A stretch of DNA of 12,974 nt from Armatimonadota bacterium (GTDB lineage: Bacteria; Armatimonadota; Zipacnadia; Zipacnadales; UBA5352), in the NCBI GenBank assembly GCA_034722055.1, contig JAYENL010000066.1, positions 1 to 12,974 on the forward strand. The letters run 5' to 3'. The notes under the pieces are model-generated. The model saw only the letters and a list, made by a program, of their open reading frames with translations, was not told where the DNA came from and did no database searches. A program made the position numbers and the translations under genes. Position 1 is the first letter of the stretch. Each line of letters opens with the position of its first letter. Positions 1-7,895 of the stretch are shown one piece after another.

Positions 1-1
1 C

Positions 2-625
2 TGGCAGGTGAACCAGGTGCGGCAGTACATCCGCAGCTTCGATGCCATCGGCACTGACCCGTACCCGATCCCCACGCGGCCGGCGTCCATGGCCGGGGAC
101 TGGGCGGAGACCACCCGCCGGCAGGTCGCGGACGCCCGCCCATTCTGGATGGTGCCGCAGGTGCACAACTGGGACGTCTACCGGGAGACCGGCGAGGGGC
201 GCCCGCCGACCTACGAGGAGGTCCGCTGCATGACCTGGCAGTGCATCTGCGAGGGCGCCGACGGGATCATCTACTACTCCTGGATGGACCTGCACCGGGA
301 TGAGACCACGCCCTTCGAGGAGCGGTGGCCCGACCTCAAGGCCGTGGCCGAGGAGGTCGCCGAGCACATCCCGACGCTGCTGTCCGTCGAGCCCACGCCG
401 GAGCTGGAGGTGGATGCGCCCGAGGCCATCCACTGCACCGCGCGCACGCACAACGGACAGACCTGGCTGTTCATGGTCAATGAGAGCCCGCGGCCGGCCC
501 GAGCGACCGTCCGCCCGGATGGGCGGATGCGCCATGTGCACGGTGAGGGCCTCTCGGTGAGCCGCATGGGCCGAACCTACCGCTTCGCGCCCCTGGAGGT
601 CAGGATCGAGGAGTGGGACGGCTGA
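2..625 (+). CDS. Partial (5'-truncated) putative glycoside hydrolase-like protein, C-terminal portion
   Basis: The frame is open from the window edge (W-Q-V-N-Q...) to TGA at 623-625, with strong GC3 codon bias. Motifs FDAIGTDPYP, PFWMVPQ and RPPTYEEVRCMTWQCICEGADGIIYYS resemble the C-terminal half of a GH-type TIM barrel, followed by a small beta-sandwich-like tail (WLFMVNES...). The family cannot be determined by eye. Confidence 0.7.
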   Translation, partial: WQVNQVRQYIRSFDAIGTDPYPIPTRPASMAGDWAETTRRQVADARPFWMVPQVHNWDVYRETGEGRPPTYEEVRCMTWQCICEGADGIIYYSWMDLHRDETTPFEERWPDLKAVAEEVAEHIPTLLSVEPTPELEVDAPEAIHCTARTHNGQTWLFMVNESPRPARATVRPDGRMRHVHGEGLSVSRMGRTYRFAPLEVRIEEWDG

Positions 626-786
626 GCCGGTGGTCATTCGGGAGCTCGTGGCGTATTGCTGACGAGCGCGGTTGCCGGCCCGGCCTGTCCTGAGCACGGG
701 CAGCATTCTCGTGGAGGGGCCGCCGAGCGCGGAGCGCTCGGTGCGGCCTGTAAGCTGAGCGAACAGGCCGCAGGTTCCACCCCGGC
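626..786. other. Structured intergenic element (several stem-loops) between convergent genes; possible bidirectional terminator or ncRNA
   Basis: Stems seen directly: 644-649/662-667, 685-690/698-703, 723-730/734-741 (8 bp perfect), 742-751/763-772 (10 bp perfect). Possible closing pairing 626-633/777-786. Confidence 0.5.
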
Positions 787-797
787 CCACAACATCC

Positions 798-2492
798 TCA
801 GCCCGGCTTGTCGAAGTGCTGGTAGTCCTTGCAGCTCGACCACTCGCCGCCCCAGCGCCACCCGCGGCCGGTGAAGGCCCGGACGAGGGAGCCGTCCGGA
901 GGGATGGAGTAGGGGTCCTCGCCCGGCCGCCACTCGCCCGGCTGGTAGGGCGCCTCGTCGGGGTGAACCACCTTCCGGCCGTCGCGGATCATGGGGTTCT
1001 CGGCCCGGTTGATGTCGATGGCCCTGCCCGTGGCGTGCCATGACAGCCGCGAGCCGCCCGTGACCGTGCGGTAGTCGTAGCCGATCACCTCGTGGATGGG
1101 GAAGCGCTCCGGGTCCAGGTAGACCTCCCGGAGGATCTCCAGCACCTCCCCCGCCAGGGCGGCGTTGACGACCACCGTCCGGGAGCGGGGAGCCTTGCGC
1201 TGGCCCTCCAGGTCCCAGGCCAGGAAGTGCACCGTCGCCATGCCCTCCAGCTCCGGGTGGGGCTCGACGGCGAAGCACTCCTCCTCCGCCTGCAGGAGGC
1301 CGCTCGGCTCCTGCGGGTCCGGGTTGGTGATGACCACGCGAGGCGGGTCATCCAGCACCTCGCAGCCGGTCCCCAGCTCCGATGCGAGGCGCACGATGCG
1401 CTGCGTGATGCGCTCCAGGTCCTCGCCGCGGGCGGGCCGCGGGTCGCCATCTCGCTCATCGAGGCGGACAGGGCGCATGACGATCCGCCGCCAGACGCCG
1501 CGCTCGATCTCCACCTCGAAGGTTGCGCTGTCGCGGTTGGGCTCCCAGGGCGTGCGGAAGGCGAAGTTGCCGAGGCTGTAGCAGACGGCCGCGCCCTCGT
1601 AGAGCTCCACGCCCTGGAGCACGTGTGGGTGATGGCCGATGACGAGGTCGGCCCCGCAGTCCACTGCCAGGTGTGCCAGGGAGCGGGGGAGGGCGCCGGG
1701 GCCGCCGCTGGCCTCGGTTCCCCAGTGGAAGGCGACGATGACGAGGTCCGCCCGGCCCGCGGCGCCTCTGATGTCCTCGCGCAAGATGCGCTTGCTGCGC
1801 CGTGTGGGCGCGTCACCCCGGCCCGTCAGCAGCACCGTCCCCGCCGTCTGATCCGTGGCCGCGAAGCCGGGGGTGTCCGGGAGCGTGTGGGCGGTGGCGT
1901 AGGCCAGGATGGCGATGGTCTGTCCCTCGACTCGGGCGATCGCCGGCTCGCGGGCGGCCGCCTCGTCCGGCCCCGACCCGCAGTGAGCCAGCCCGGCCGC
2001 GTCGAGCGCCGAGAGCGTCTCCAGCAGCGCCTCGCCGCCGTAGTCCATGATGTGGTTGTTCGCCAGCGTCACCGCGTCGAAGCCCGCGTCCGCCAGCCGC
2101 TGCGCCTGACTCGGCGGGGCCCGGAACAAAAACTCCCTGTGCAGGGGACGGCCGTCCTCCGCGAGCTTCGCCGGGCACTTCACGCCGTGCGTCGAGAGCG
2201 GGCACTCCAGGTTGCAGACCGCGAGGTCGGCGGCGGAGACCAAGCGGCGGACGGATGCGAGGCAGTCACGATCCTCCAGCGGCAGGACGTCGCCCACCAG
2301 CAGCAGCCGCGCACGGCGGGGCGCCGTGGGCTCCGGCGCCGAGAACGCCGGCTGCTGCGCGGACGTCTCTGTCACCGTGCGGTCGCGGACCAGCCACGAT
2401 GGCAGGCCCACGACGCCGCCCACGATCCACCCGGCGGCGAACAGCGCGATCGCCAGGATCGCCTGCAGCGCGCGGTCGGTGCGCCCCCTCAT
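798..2492 (-). CDS. CapA (PGA_cap)-family metallophosphoesterase fused to a C-terminal M15 family zinc peptidase domain; N-terminal signal/membrane anchor
   Basis: 564 aa, ATG preceded by a GGAGG SD. Hydrophobic N-terminus. CapA motif set present: LVGDV, NLECP, LANNHIMDYG, FHWGTE, GHHPHVLQ, YSLGNF. C-terminal M15 motifs: R...SWHATGRAIDIN and WRWGGEWSSCKDYQHF. Confidence 0.9.
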   Translation of the reverse strand: MRGRTDRALQAILAIALFAAGWIVGGVVGLPSWLVRDRTVTETSAQQPAFSAPEPTAPRRARLLLVGDVLPLEDRDCLASVRRLVSAADLAVCNLECPLSTHGVKCPAKLAEDGRPLHREFLFRAPPSQAQRLADAGFDAVTLANNHIMDYGGEALLETLSALDAAGLAHCGSGPDEAAAREPAIARVEGQTIAILAYATAHTLPDTPGFAATDQTAGTVLLTGRGDAPTRRSKRILREDIRGAAGRADLVIVAFHWGTEASGGPGALPRSLAHLAVDCGADLVIGHHPHVLQGVELYEGAAVCYSLGNFAFRTPWEPNRDSATFEVEIERGVWRRIVMRPVRLDERDGDPRPARGEDLERITQRIVRLASELGTGCEVLDDPPRVVITNPDPQEPSGLLQAEEECFAVEPHPELEGMATVHFLAWDLEGQRKAPRSRTVVVNAALAGEVLEILREVYLDPERFPIHEVIGYDYRTVTGGSRLSWHATGRAIDINRAENPMIRDGRKVVHPDEAPYQPGEWRPGEDPYSIPPDGSLVRAFTGRGWRWGGEWSSCKDYQHFDKPG

Positions 2493-2579
2493 GGCTGCCT
2501 CCCTCGTACCTGCCTGTCGTCTGTCCGCCCTCCCACCGAACGGCCCTCTCCTGTGCGCGCGGCGCTGCTCTGGTGTGTA

Positions 2580-2606
2580 CTATCGGCCAAACCCACCGAA
2601 ATGTTA
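2580..2606 (-). promoter_or_regulatory. Putative sigma28 (FliA/SigD/WhiG-type) promoter for the CapA-M15 gene
   Basis: The minus strand reads TAAC-N15-GCCGATAG, against the consensus TAAA-N15-GCCGATAA. Orientation is correct and it lies about 90 nt upstream of the ATG. Confidence 0.6.
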
Positions 2607-2641
2607 GCGCGCCAGTTGCGCGGCCTGGCTACGCCCCGACG

Positions 2642-4651
2642 TCAGTAGAGAATCTTGTGGTCCCGCAGGCCGGTCACCCCGTCCACGATCAGCCACACCC
2701 CGGAGACCAGCATGGCCCCCAGGATCAGCCCCAGAAAGAACGGGCGGTAGCGCTGGACGGCTCGATAGCCGCCGTAGCGCATCGCCACCGTCTGGCAGAG
2801 CCAGCCGATGAGGACGGACAGCCACTCGCGGATGACGTAGACGTTGAAGCTCATGGCGTAGGCCACCGGGTGCAGCGGCCACCACACGAAGCGGATCCGC
2901 AGGAAGCTGAGCAGCGCCAGCTTCAGGGCCGCGTAGCCCATGATGGCAAGGCTGATCCAGTCGGTCTCCCTCAGCGCGGTGGTGGTGACCCGCTCCATGT
3001 ACACGCCCGGGTAGCGCGCGAGGGTCACGAAGCGGGCGGGGTTGATGGCCACGCCGCCGTGGACATAGCCCGCACCCAGCAGGAAGTAGTAGCTGACCGG
3101 GATGGCCGCCACGGTGGCGATGGCCAGCGACCACGTGATGGCCCGATTGCCGGTCCGCGTCTCGTGCGCCAGCTTCAGCGACTGCATCATGCGCGGCATG
3201 GGGGTGACGCGCAGGTGGTAGACCGTCGCGGTGAGCATGCTCACCGACGCCCAGGAGCGCATCGGCATGGCCCGGTAGGGCACCACTGCGCGCACGATGT
3301 CCTGGGCCGCCCAGTAGGGATGGTCGAGCCAGGGCATGCCACCCTCCGCCAGCAGGCGGGTCATGGCCAGGGCGTAGGCGAAGACCACGCTCCAGACCAG
3401 CAGTGCCACCAGCGCCGGAGTCCCGGCGTAGCTCGACCAGCCGAGGATGAAGATGAAGGCGATCAGCCCCGACCAGGCTGCGGATCGGAAGCTGAGGGGC
3501 TCGCGCTGCTCGCCCTCGACCGGCCGCAGGGCCAGGCCTCGCCGGACGAGGCGGGCCAGGGGCCGGCGCGCGATCCACACGCTGACGGCCGCCAGCGCCA
3601 GGTAGGCGCCGGCGGTCTGATGCCCGGGGAAGGGCCAGGTGTCCCCGCCCGCCGCCGTGGTGATGCCGTCGATGCCCAGCGCGCTGCCCGCGACCGCCTC
3701 CGCCTCGCCCAGCCAGTAGAGCGCCCAGAGGCTGAAGGCCACCTCCCGGGTGAGCAGGAAGCTCAGCCCCACGATCATGGGCATGGCGGCGAAGCGCAGG
3801 GTCCCGAGGGCGTTCCAGGGCGTGCCCCACCCCCACGTCGGGACCCTCCGCCCGCCGAGCTGACACACCTCGATCACGGGCAGGTGCGGGTAGTAGCCGT
3901 GCAGGCCGTTGTAGAAGTGGATGCCGAAGGCGATGGCAGCGCCGATCCAGGTGTAAGGGTTGCGCAGGAAGCTGTTGAGGACCCGGCCTGCGTCCGGCGT
4001 CTCCACCACCCGCACCGGCAGCACGATGAGGGGGAACAGCAGCCGCTCCCGCTCGATCCACTGCCGGCGGAAGAGCGTCAGCAGCGACATCATGACCGTG
4101 TAGCTGGCCAGCACCAGCGCCGTCCAGGCCAGCAGCGGCACCAGCCACTCTCGCCACGGCACCCCGAACGGCCAGGCCTCGAACAGGCCCCGAATGACGA
4201 ACGGGTCCCGGGGCGCCATCCACTCCGGGACGTGGCGCAGCAGCAGCTCCTCCCACCCGTTCTCCGGCGACGCGTAGTAGAAGGGCCCCGCGATCATGGG
4301 CAGCATGATCTGGGCCAGGCCCTGGGAGGCGATGCCGGAGGCCATGACGGTCATGGTGAAGATCAGCACCAGCTCCGGCGTGCTCAGCGTCAGCGGCCGG
4401 TGCACCGCGCGCAGCACCACGTTGAAGAGCAGGTAGATGCACAGGAAGACGAAGAAGCCGCCGATGGGGGGGAAGGTGAAGGAGAGCTGCGTGCCGTGGA
4501 TGATCAGCTCGGCGTACTGCGTCCAGTCGCCCAGGAACACCGACGCCGCCACCCCGATGAGCACCGCGCGCCAGGTCAGCCCGCAAAGGGCGCCGCTGGC
4601 CGGGCTCTGGGAGGTCCGCTGCTCGTGCGCCGGATCTTGTGTCGCCATCAT
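2642..4651 (-). CDS. DUF6785/DUF6784-like polytopic membrane protein (putative transporter), paralog 2
   Basis: 669 aa with many hydrophobic segments. Motifs LTWRAVLIG, ELVLIF, RRQWIERERLLFPL, RLLAEGG, WWPLHPVAY and RYRPFFLGLILG, which I recall as typical of this DUF family (needs HMM confirmation). Starts 7 nt after the stop of paralog 1. Confidence 0.85.
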   Translation of the reverse strand: MMATQDPAHEQRTSQSPASGALCGLTWRAVLIGVAASVFLGDWTQYAELIIHGTQLSFTFPPIGGFFVFLCIYLLFNVVLRAVHRPLTLSTPELVLIFTMTVMASGIASQGLAQIMLPMIAGPFYYASPENGWEELLLRHVPEWMAPRDPFVIRGLFEAWPFGVPWREWLVPLLAWTALVLASYTVMMSLLTLFRRQWIERERLLFPLIVLPVRVVETPDAGRVLNSFLRNPYTWIGAAIAFGIHFYNGLHGYYPHLPVIEVCQLGGRRVPTWGWGTPWNALGTLRFAAMPMIVGLSFLLTREVAFSLWALYWLGEAEAVAGSALGIDGITTAAGGDTWPFPGHQTAGAYLALAAVSVWIARRPLARLVRRGLALRPVEGEQREPLSFRSAAWSGLIAFIFILGWSSYAGTPALVALLVWSVVFAYALAMTRLLAEGGMPWLDHPYWAAQDIVRAVVPYRAMPMRSWASVSMLTATVYHLRVTPMPRMMQSLKLAHETRTGNRAITWSLAIATVAAIPVSYYFLLGAGYVHGGVAINPARFVTLARYPGVYMERVTTTALRETDWISLAIMGYAALKLALLSFLRIRFVWWPLHPVAYAMSFNVYVIREWLSVLIGWLCQTVAMRYGGYRAVQRYRPFFLGLILGAMLVSGVWLIVDGVTGLRDHKILY

Positions 4652-4658
4652 TGGGCGC

Positions 4659-6614
4659 TCAGTAGAGGATCTTGTGGTCGCGCAGGCCGGTGAAGCCGTC
4701 GATCACCAGCCAGAAACCGCCGGCCAGCATGGCCCCCAGGATCAGCCCCAGGAACAGCGGGCGGTAGCGGCGGAAGCCCCGGTGGCCGGCGTAGCGCATC
4801 AGCACCGTCTGGCAGGCCCAGCCGATGAGGATCGACAGCCACTCCCGGGGCAGATACACGATGTAGCTCATCGCGTACCCCACCGGGTGCAGCGGCCACC
4901 ACAGGTAGCTGATGCGCATGAAGCTGAGGAACAGCAGCTTGGCCACCCCGTAGCCGATCAGCCCCAGGCTCAGCCAGTCCCGGCTCTTCACGGGGCTGGC
5001 CTGCAGCCGCTCCATCAGCTCCCCGGGCTGGCGCGCCAGGCTGATGAAGCGGTAGGTGTTGATGGCCACCCCGCCGTGCACGTAGCCCGCCTCCAGCAGC
5101 GCCCAGTAGGAGACCGGGATGGCGACCACGGTGGCGATCACCAGCCCCCAGGTGATGGCGCGGTCGCCGGTGTCGGTCTCCTCTGAGAGCTTCAGCGACT
5201 GCATGATCCGCGGCATCGGCGACACCCGCATGTCGTGGGTGAAGGTCAGCATCATCGCCACCGAGGCCCAGTTGGCCACGGAGATGGATCGATAGGGCAC
5301 CAGAGCGCGGATGATGTCGTGCGCTCGCCAGTGCGGCTCGTCCATCCAGGGCATGCCGCCCTCGGAGACCAGCCGCGTCATCGCCAGCAGATACCCGAAG
5401 GCCACCAGCAGCAGAGGTACCGCCACCAGCACCGGCATCCCGGCCTGGTTGGCCCACAGGACCATGAAGGCGAAGGAGATGATACCGCCCCAGACCGCGA
5501 CCCGGTAGGAGAGGGGCTCGACCTCGTCCTCGGGTGTCTTCCGCAGGGCCAGCCCCCGCATGACGATCTCCGCCAGCGGCCGCCGCGCGATCCAGATGCT
5601 CACACCCGCCAGCGCCAGGTAGGCCCCGGCGGTCTGATGACCGGGGAAGGGGAAGCTGTCGCCTCCGGCGGTTATGGTCAGGCCGTCGAGCCCCACCGCC
5701 GTTCCCAGCACCGCCTCCAGCCGGCCCAGCCAGTAGAAGGCCCACAGGCTGAACGAGACCTCGCGGGTGAGCAGGAAGCTGAGGCCGATGATCAGCGGCG
5801 CCACCTGGAAGCGGAGCGTCCCCATGGCGCTCCAGGGCCGCCCCCAGGCGTAGGTGGGGACCCTCTTCCCTCCGATGCGGAAGATCTCCGTCCTCGGCAG
5901 CCCCGGGTAGTAGCCGTGCAGGCCGTAGTAGAGGTGCGGCGCGAAGCCCAGGACGAGGCCGATCCACATGATCGGGTCGCGGAAGAAGTCGTTGAGCAGC
6001 CGCCGCCGGGGAGCGGGCTCGGTGACCTCCAGGGGCACCGCCACCAGCGGGAACAGCAGCCGCTCCCGGTCGATCCACTGCTTCCGGAAGATGGTCACCA
6101 CGCTGAGCATCAGCACGTATGTCGCCATGGTGAAGGCCGTCCAGGCGCCAAGCGGCACCAGCCACGCCCGCCAGGGGACGCCGAAGCCCCAGGCCTCGAA
6201 CAGACCCTTCACCACCTGCGGTTCCGTCGGCGCCAGCCAGGGCTCGATGTGCGGGAGGAAGAACAGGGCGTACTGGTTCTCCGCCGAGGCGTAGTAGTAG
6301 GGCCCCACCATCATGGGGATGAGCTTCTGGGCCAGGTCGATGGAGGCGATCCCGGAGGCCATGACGATCATCGTGAAGATGACCACCAGCTCCGCCTGCG
6401 TGAGGGTGAAGGCCCGGTGGATGGCCCGCAGGATGACGTTGAAAAGAGCGTAGATGACGATGAAGACCAGGAAGCCGCCGATGGGCGGGTAGGTGAGGGT
6501 GATTTGCGTCCCGTGGATGATCAGCTCGGCGTACTGGCTCCAGTCGCCCAGGAACGCCGAGGCGATGATCCCGATCAGTATCGAACGCCAGGTCAATCCG
6601 AAGCGCGCGCCCAC
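4659..6614 (-). CDS. DUF6785/DUF6784-like polytopic membrane protein (putative transporter), paralog 1
   Basis: About 650 aa, colinear with paralog 2 (RKQWIDRERLLFPL, RLVSEGG, WWPLHPVGY, identical C-terminus TGLRDHKILY). GTG at 6614 is preferred because GGTGAGG lies just upstream. TTG at 6632 is the alternative start. Confidence 0.85.
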   Translation of the reverse strand: MGARFGLTWRSILIGIIASAFLGDWSQYAELIIHGTQITLTYPPIGGFLVFIVIYALFNVILRAIHRAFTLTQAELVVIFTMIVMASGIASIDLAQKLIPMMVGPYYYASAENQYALFFLPHIEPWLAPTEPQVVKGLFEAWGFGVPWRAWLVPLGAWTAFTMATYVLMLSVVTIFRKQWIDRERLLFPLVAVPLEVTEPAPRRRLLNDFFRDPIMWIGLVLGFAPHLYYGLHGYYPGLPRTEIFRIGGKRVPTYAWGRPWSAMGTLRFQVAPLIIGLSFLLTREVSFSLWAFYWLGRLEAVLGTAVGLDGLTITAGGDSFPFPGHQTAGAYLALAGVSIWIARRPLAEIVMRGLALRKTPEDEVEPLSYRVAVWGGIISFAFMVLWANQAGMPVLVAVPLLLVAFGYLLAMTRLVSEGGMPWMDEPHWRAHDIIRALVPYRSISVANWASVAMMLTFTHDMRVSPMPRIMQSLKLSEETDTGDRAITWGLVIATVVAIPVSYWALLEAGYVHGGVAINTYRFISLARQPGELMERLQASPVKSRDWLSLGLIGYGVAKLLFLSFMRISYLWWPLHPVGYAMSYIVYLPREWLSILIGWACQTVLMRYAGHRGFRRYRPLFLGLILGAMLAGGFWLVIDGFTGLRDHKILY

Positions 6615-6686
6615 GTCGCCCTCACCGTGCAACAGAATCGGCCGGCGGCGTGCACCGGCCGACGTGTGGTCTGTGCGGGATACCCG

Positions 6687-6730
6687 CGCCGGGAGGTCTT
6701 CCGCAATCCGCCGGTCAATACCTCCCGGCG
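6687..6730. repeat. Perfect 11-bp inverted repeat in the divergent intergenic region
   Basis: CGCCGGGAGGT (6687-6697) and ACCTCCCGGCG (6720-6730), 22-nt spacer. Confidence 0.7.
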
Positions 6731-6773
6731 AAGAGCGCCAGACGCGTCAGACGCCGAGTGGGAGGTGCCGCTG

Positions 6774-7814
6774 ATGGGAGACCTGAAGGCGGCGATCATC
6801 GGCTGTGGCCACAGGGCCAAGGGGCATGCCGCCGGCTTCGCCGACGCGGAGGGTGTGAGCTGCGCGGCCTGCGCCGACATCGACCGCGAGCGCGCGGACG
6901 CCTTCGGGGAAGAGCTCGGGCTCAGGCCCTACTACGAGGCGATGGAGATGCTGGAGGTGGAGAGCCCCGACATCGTCGCCATCGTCACCAGAGAGGGCAC
7001 GCGGGCCAGGCTCACGCGCATGTGTGCGGAGAAGCGCATCCCGGGGGTCATCGCTGAGAAGCCCATGGCGCGGACCCTGGACGAGGCTCGCGACATGGTG
7101 CGCGTGTGCGACGAGAACGGGACCGTCCTGACGGTCTGTCAGCAGATGACCTTCTCGCGCGAGTACGAGCTGCTGAAGGCCTGCATCGATGCCGGGGAGA
7201 TCGGCGAGGTGCGCTTCCTGCGCGCATGCTCCTACGGCCAGCTCATGGAGCAGGGGCCACACATGGTGGACATGCTCCTGTGGCTGCGCCAGGGGCACGG
7301 CGTGACCCGAGTGATGGGCCAGGCCGCGGGCACCGCTGGGGCGAACGAGACGGTCCATCCCGCCCCCCTGTTCTCGTGCGGCTACCTGGTCTTCGACGAC
7401 GATGTGCGCTGCGTGCTGGAGACCGGGCGCAGCTTCCAGCCCTACCCCGAGATGGATAGCACCTGGATGCAGAAGCGCGTCATGGTCATCGGGACCGAGG
7501 GGGCGGCCGAGGCGGTGGTGGGGCACTACTTCCGCAAGATGACCCCGGCGCTGCCCGGCTGGGACCTTATCGAGACCGGCGTTGAGTCCTGGAACAGCGC
7601 CACCGCGCGGTTCATCGAGGAGCTGGTGGAGGTGCTCAGCCAGGGCGGCGAGCATCGCAACGGGGCGGAGCGGTCCCTTGCCGGCTTCGAGGTCATTCAG
7701 GCCATCTTCCAGTCGGTGATGGAGCGCGACGCGGTGGAGCCGCCGCTGCCCGCGGGCGCCACGCCACTGGAGGACCTGCTCGACGCGTTCGGCGTCGAGC
7801 CGCAGGTGCAGTAG
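6774..7814 (+). CDS. Gfo/Idh/MocA family NAD(P)-dependent oxidoreductase
   Basis: 346 aa from ATG 6774, preceded by a GGGAGGT SD at 6760-6766. Rossmann motif AIIGCGHRA, ACADID, family motif EKPMA and catalytic-region LMEQGPHMVD. The track's upstream extension to 5235 is antisense to paralog 1. Confidence 0.92.
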   Translation: MGDLKAAIIGCGHRAKGHAAGFADAEGVSCAACADIDRERADAFGEELGLRPYYEAMEMLEVESPDIVAIVTREGTRARLTRMCAEKRIPGVIAEKPMARTLDEARDMVRVCDENGTVLTVCQQMTFSREYELLKACIDAGEIGEVRFLRACSYGQLMEQGPHMVDMLLWLRQGHGVTRVMGQAAGTAGANETVHPAPLFSCGYLVFDDDVRCVLETGRSFQPYPEMDSTWMQKRVMVIGTEGAAEAVVGHYFRKMTPALPGWDLIETGVESWNSATARFIEELVEVLSQGGEHRNGAERSLAGFEVIQAIFQSVMERDAVEPPLPAGATPLEDLLDAFGVEPQVQ

Positions 7815-7842
7815 CGTATCAAGTCCCCCGCACAGACAGAGT

Positions 7843-7872
7843 CGCAGCCGCCCCGCACTCGGGGCGGCTGCG
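7843..7872. terminator. Perfect 13-bp hairpin between convergent genes; probable bidirectional terminator or 3' stabilising stem
   Basis: CGCAGCCGCCCCG-CACT-CGGGGCGGCTGCG lies between the stops at 7814 (+) and 7896 (-). No classical U-tract. Confidence 0.7.
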
Positions 7873-7895
7873 CTCATCTCTGCCTGATCGCTGAG

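Noticed and set aside
742..772. Hammerhead-like words (GTA...CTGA...CGAAC, and CTGACGA at 659-665)
   Set aside because: Stems I and II and the GAAA core are missing, so a complete hammerhead cannot be built. An HDV-like fold also could not be completed.
2629..2641. CTACGCCCCGACG resembles one arm of repeat copy A
   Set aside because: Only a half-site, with no complementary arm or leader, and it is short and GC-rich, so likely chance.
1092..4693. Long plus-strand ORFs 1092..2648 and 2255..4693, and alternative minus-frame ORFs 2604..4586 and 4648..6165
   Set aside because: They are shadow ORFs over well-supported genes in high-GC DNA, with R/G/P/A/H-rich composition and no recognisable motifs.
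5235..6773. 859-aa ORF 5235..7814 (+) suggesting a large fusion with the oxidoreductase
   Set aside because: The first 513 codons are the antisense shadow of membrane-protein paralog 1. The real start is ATG 6774, which has a strong SD.
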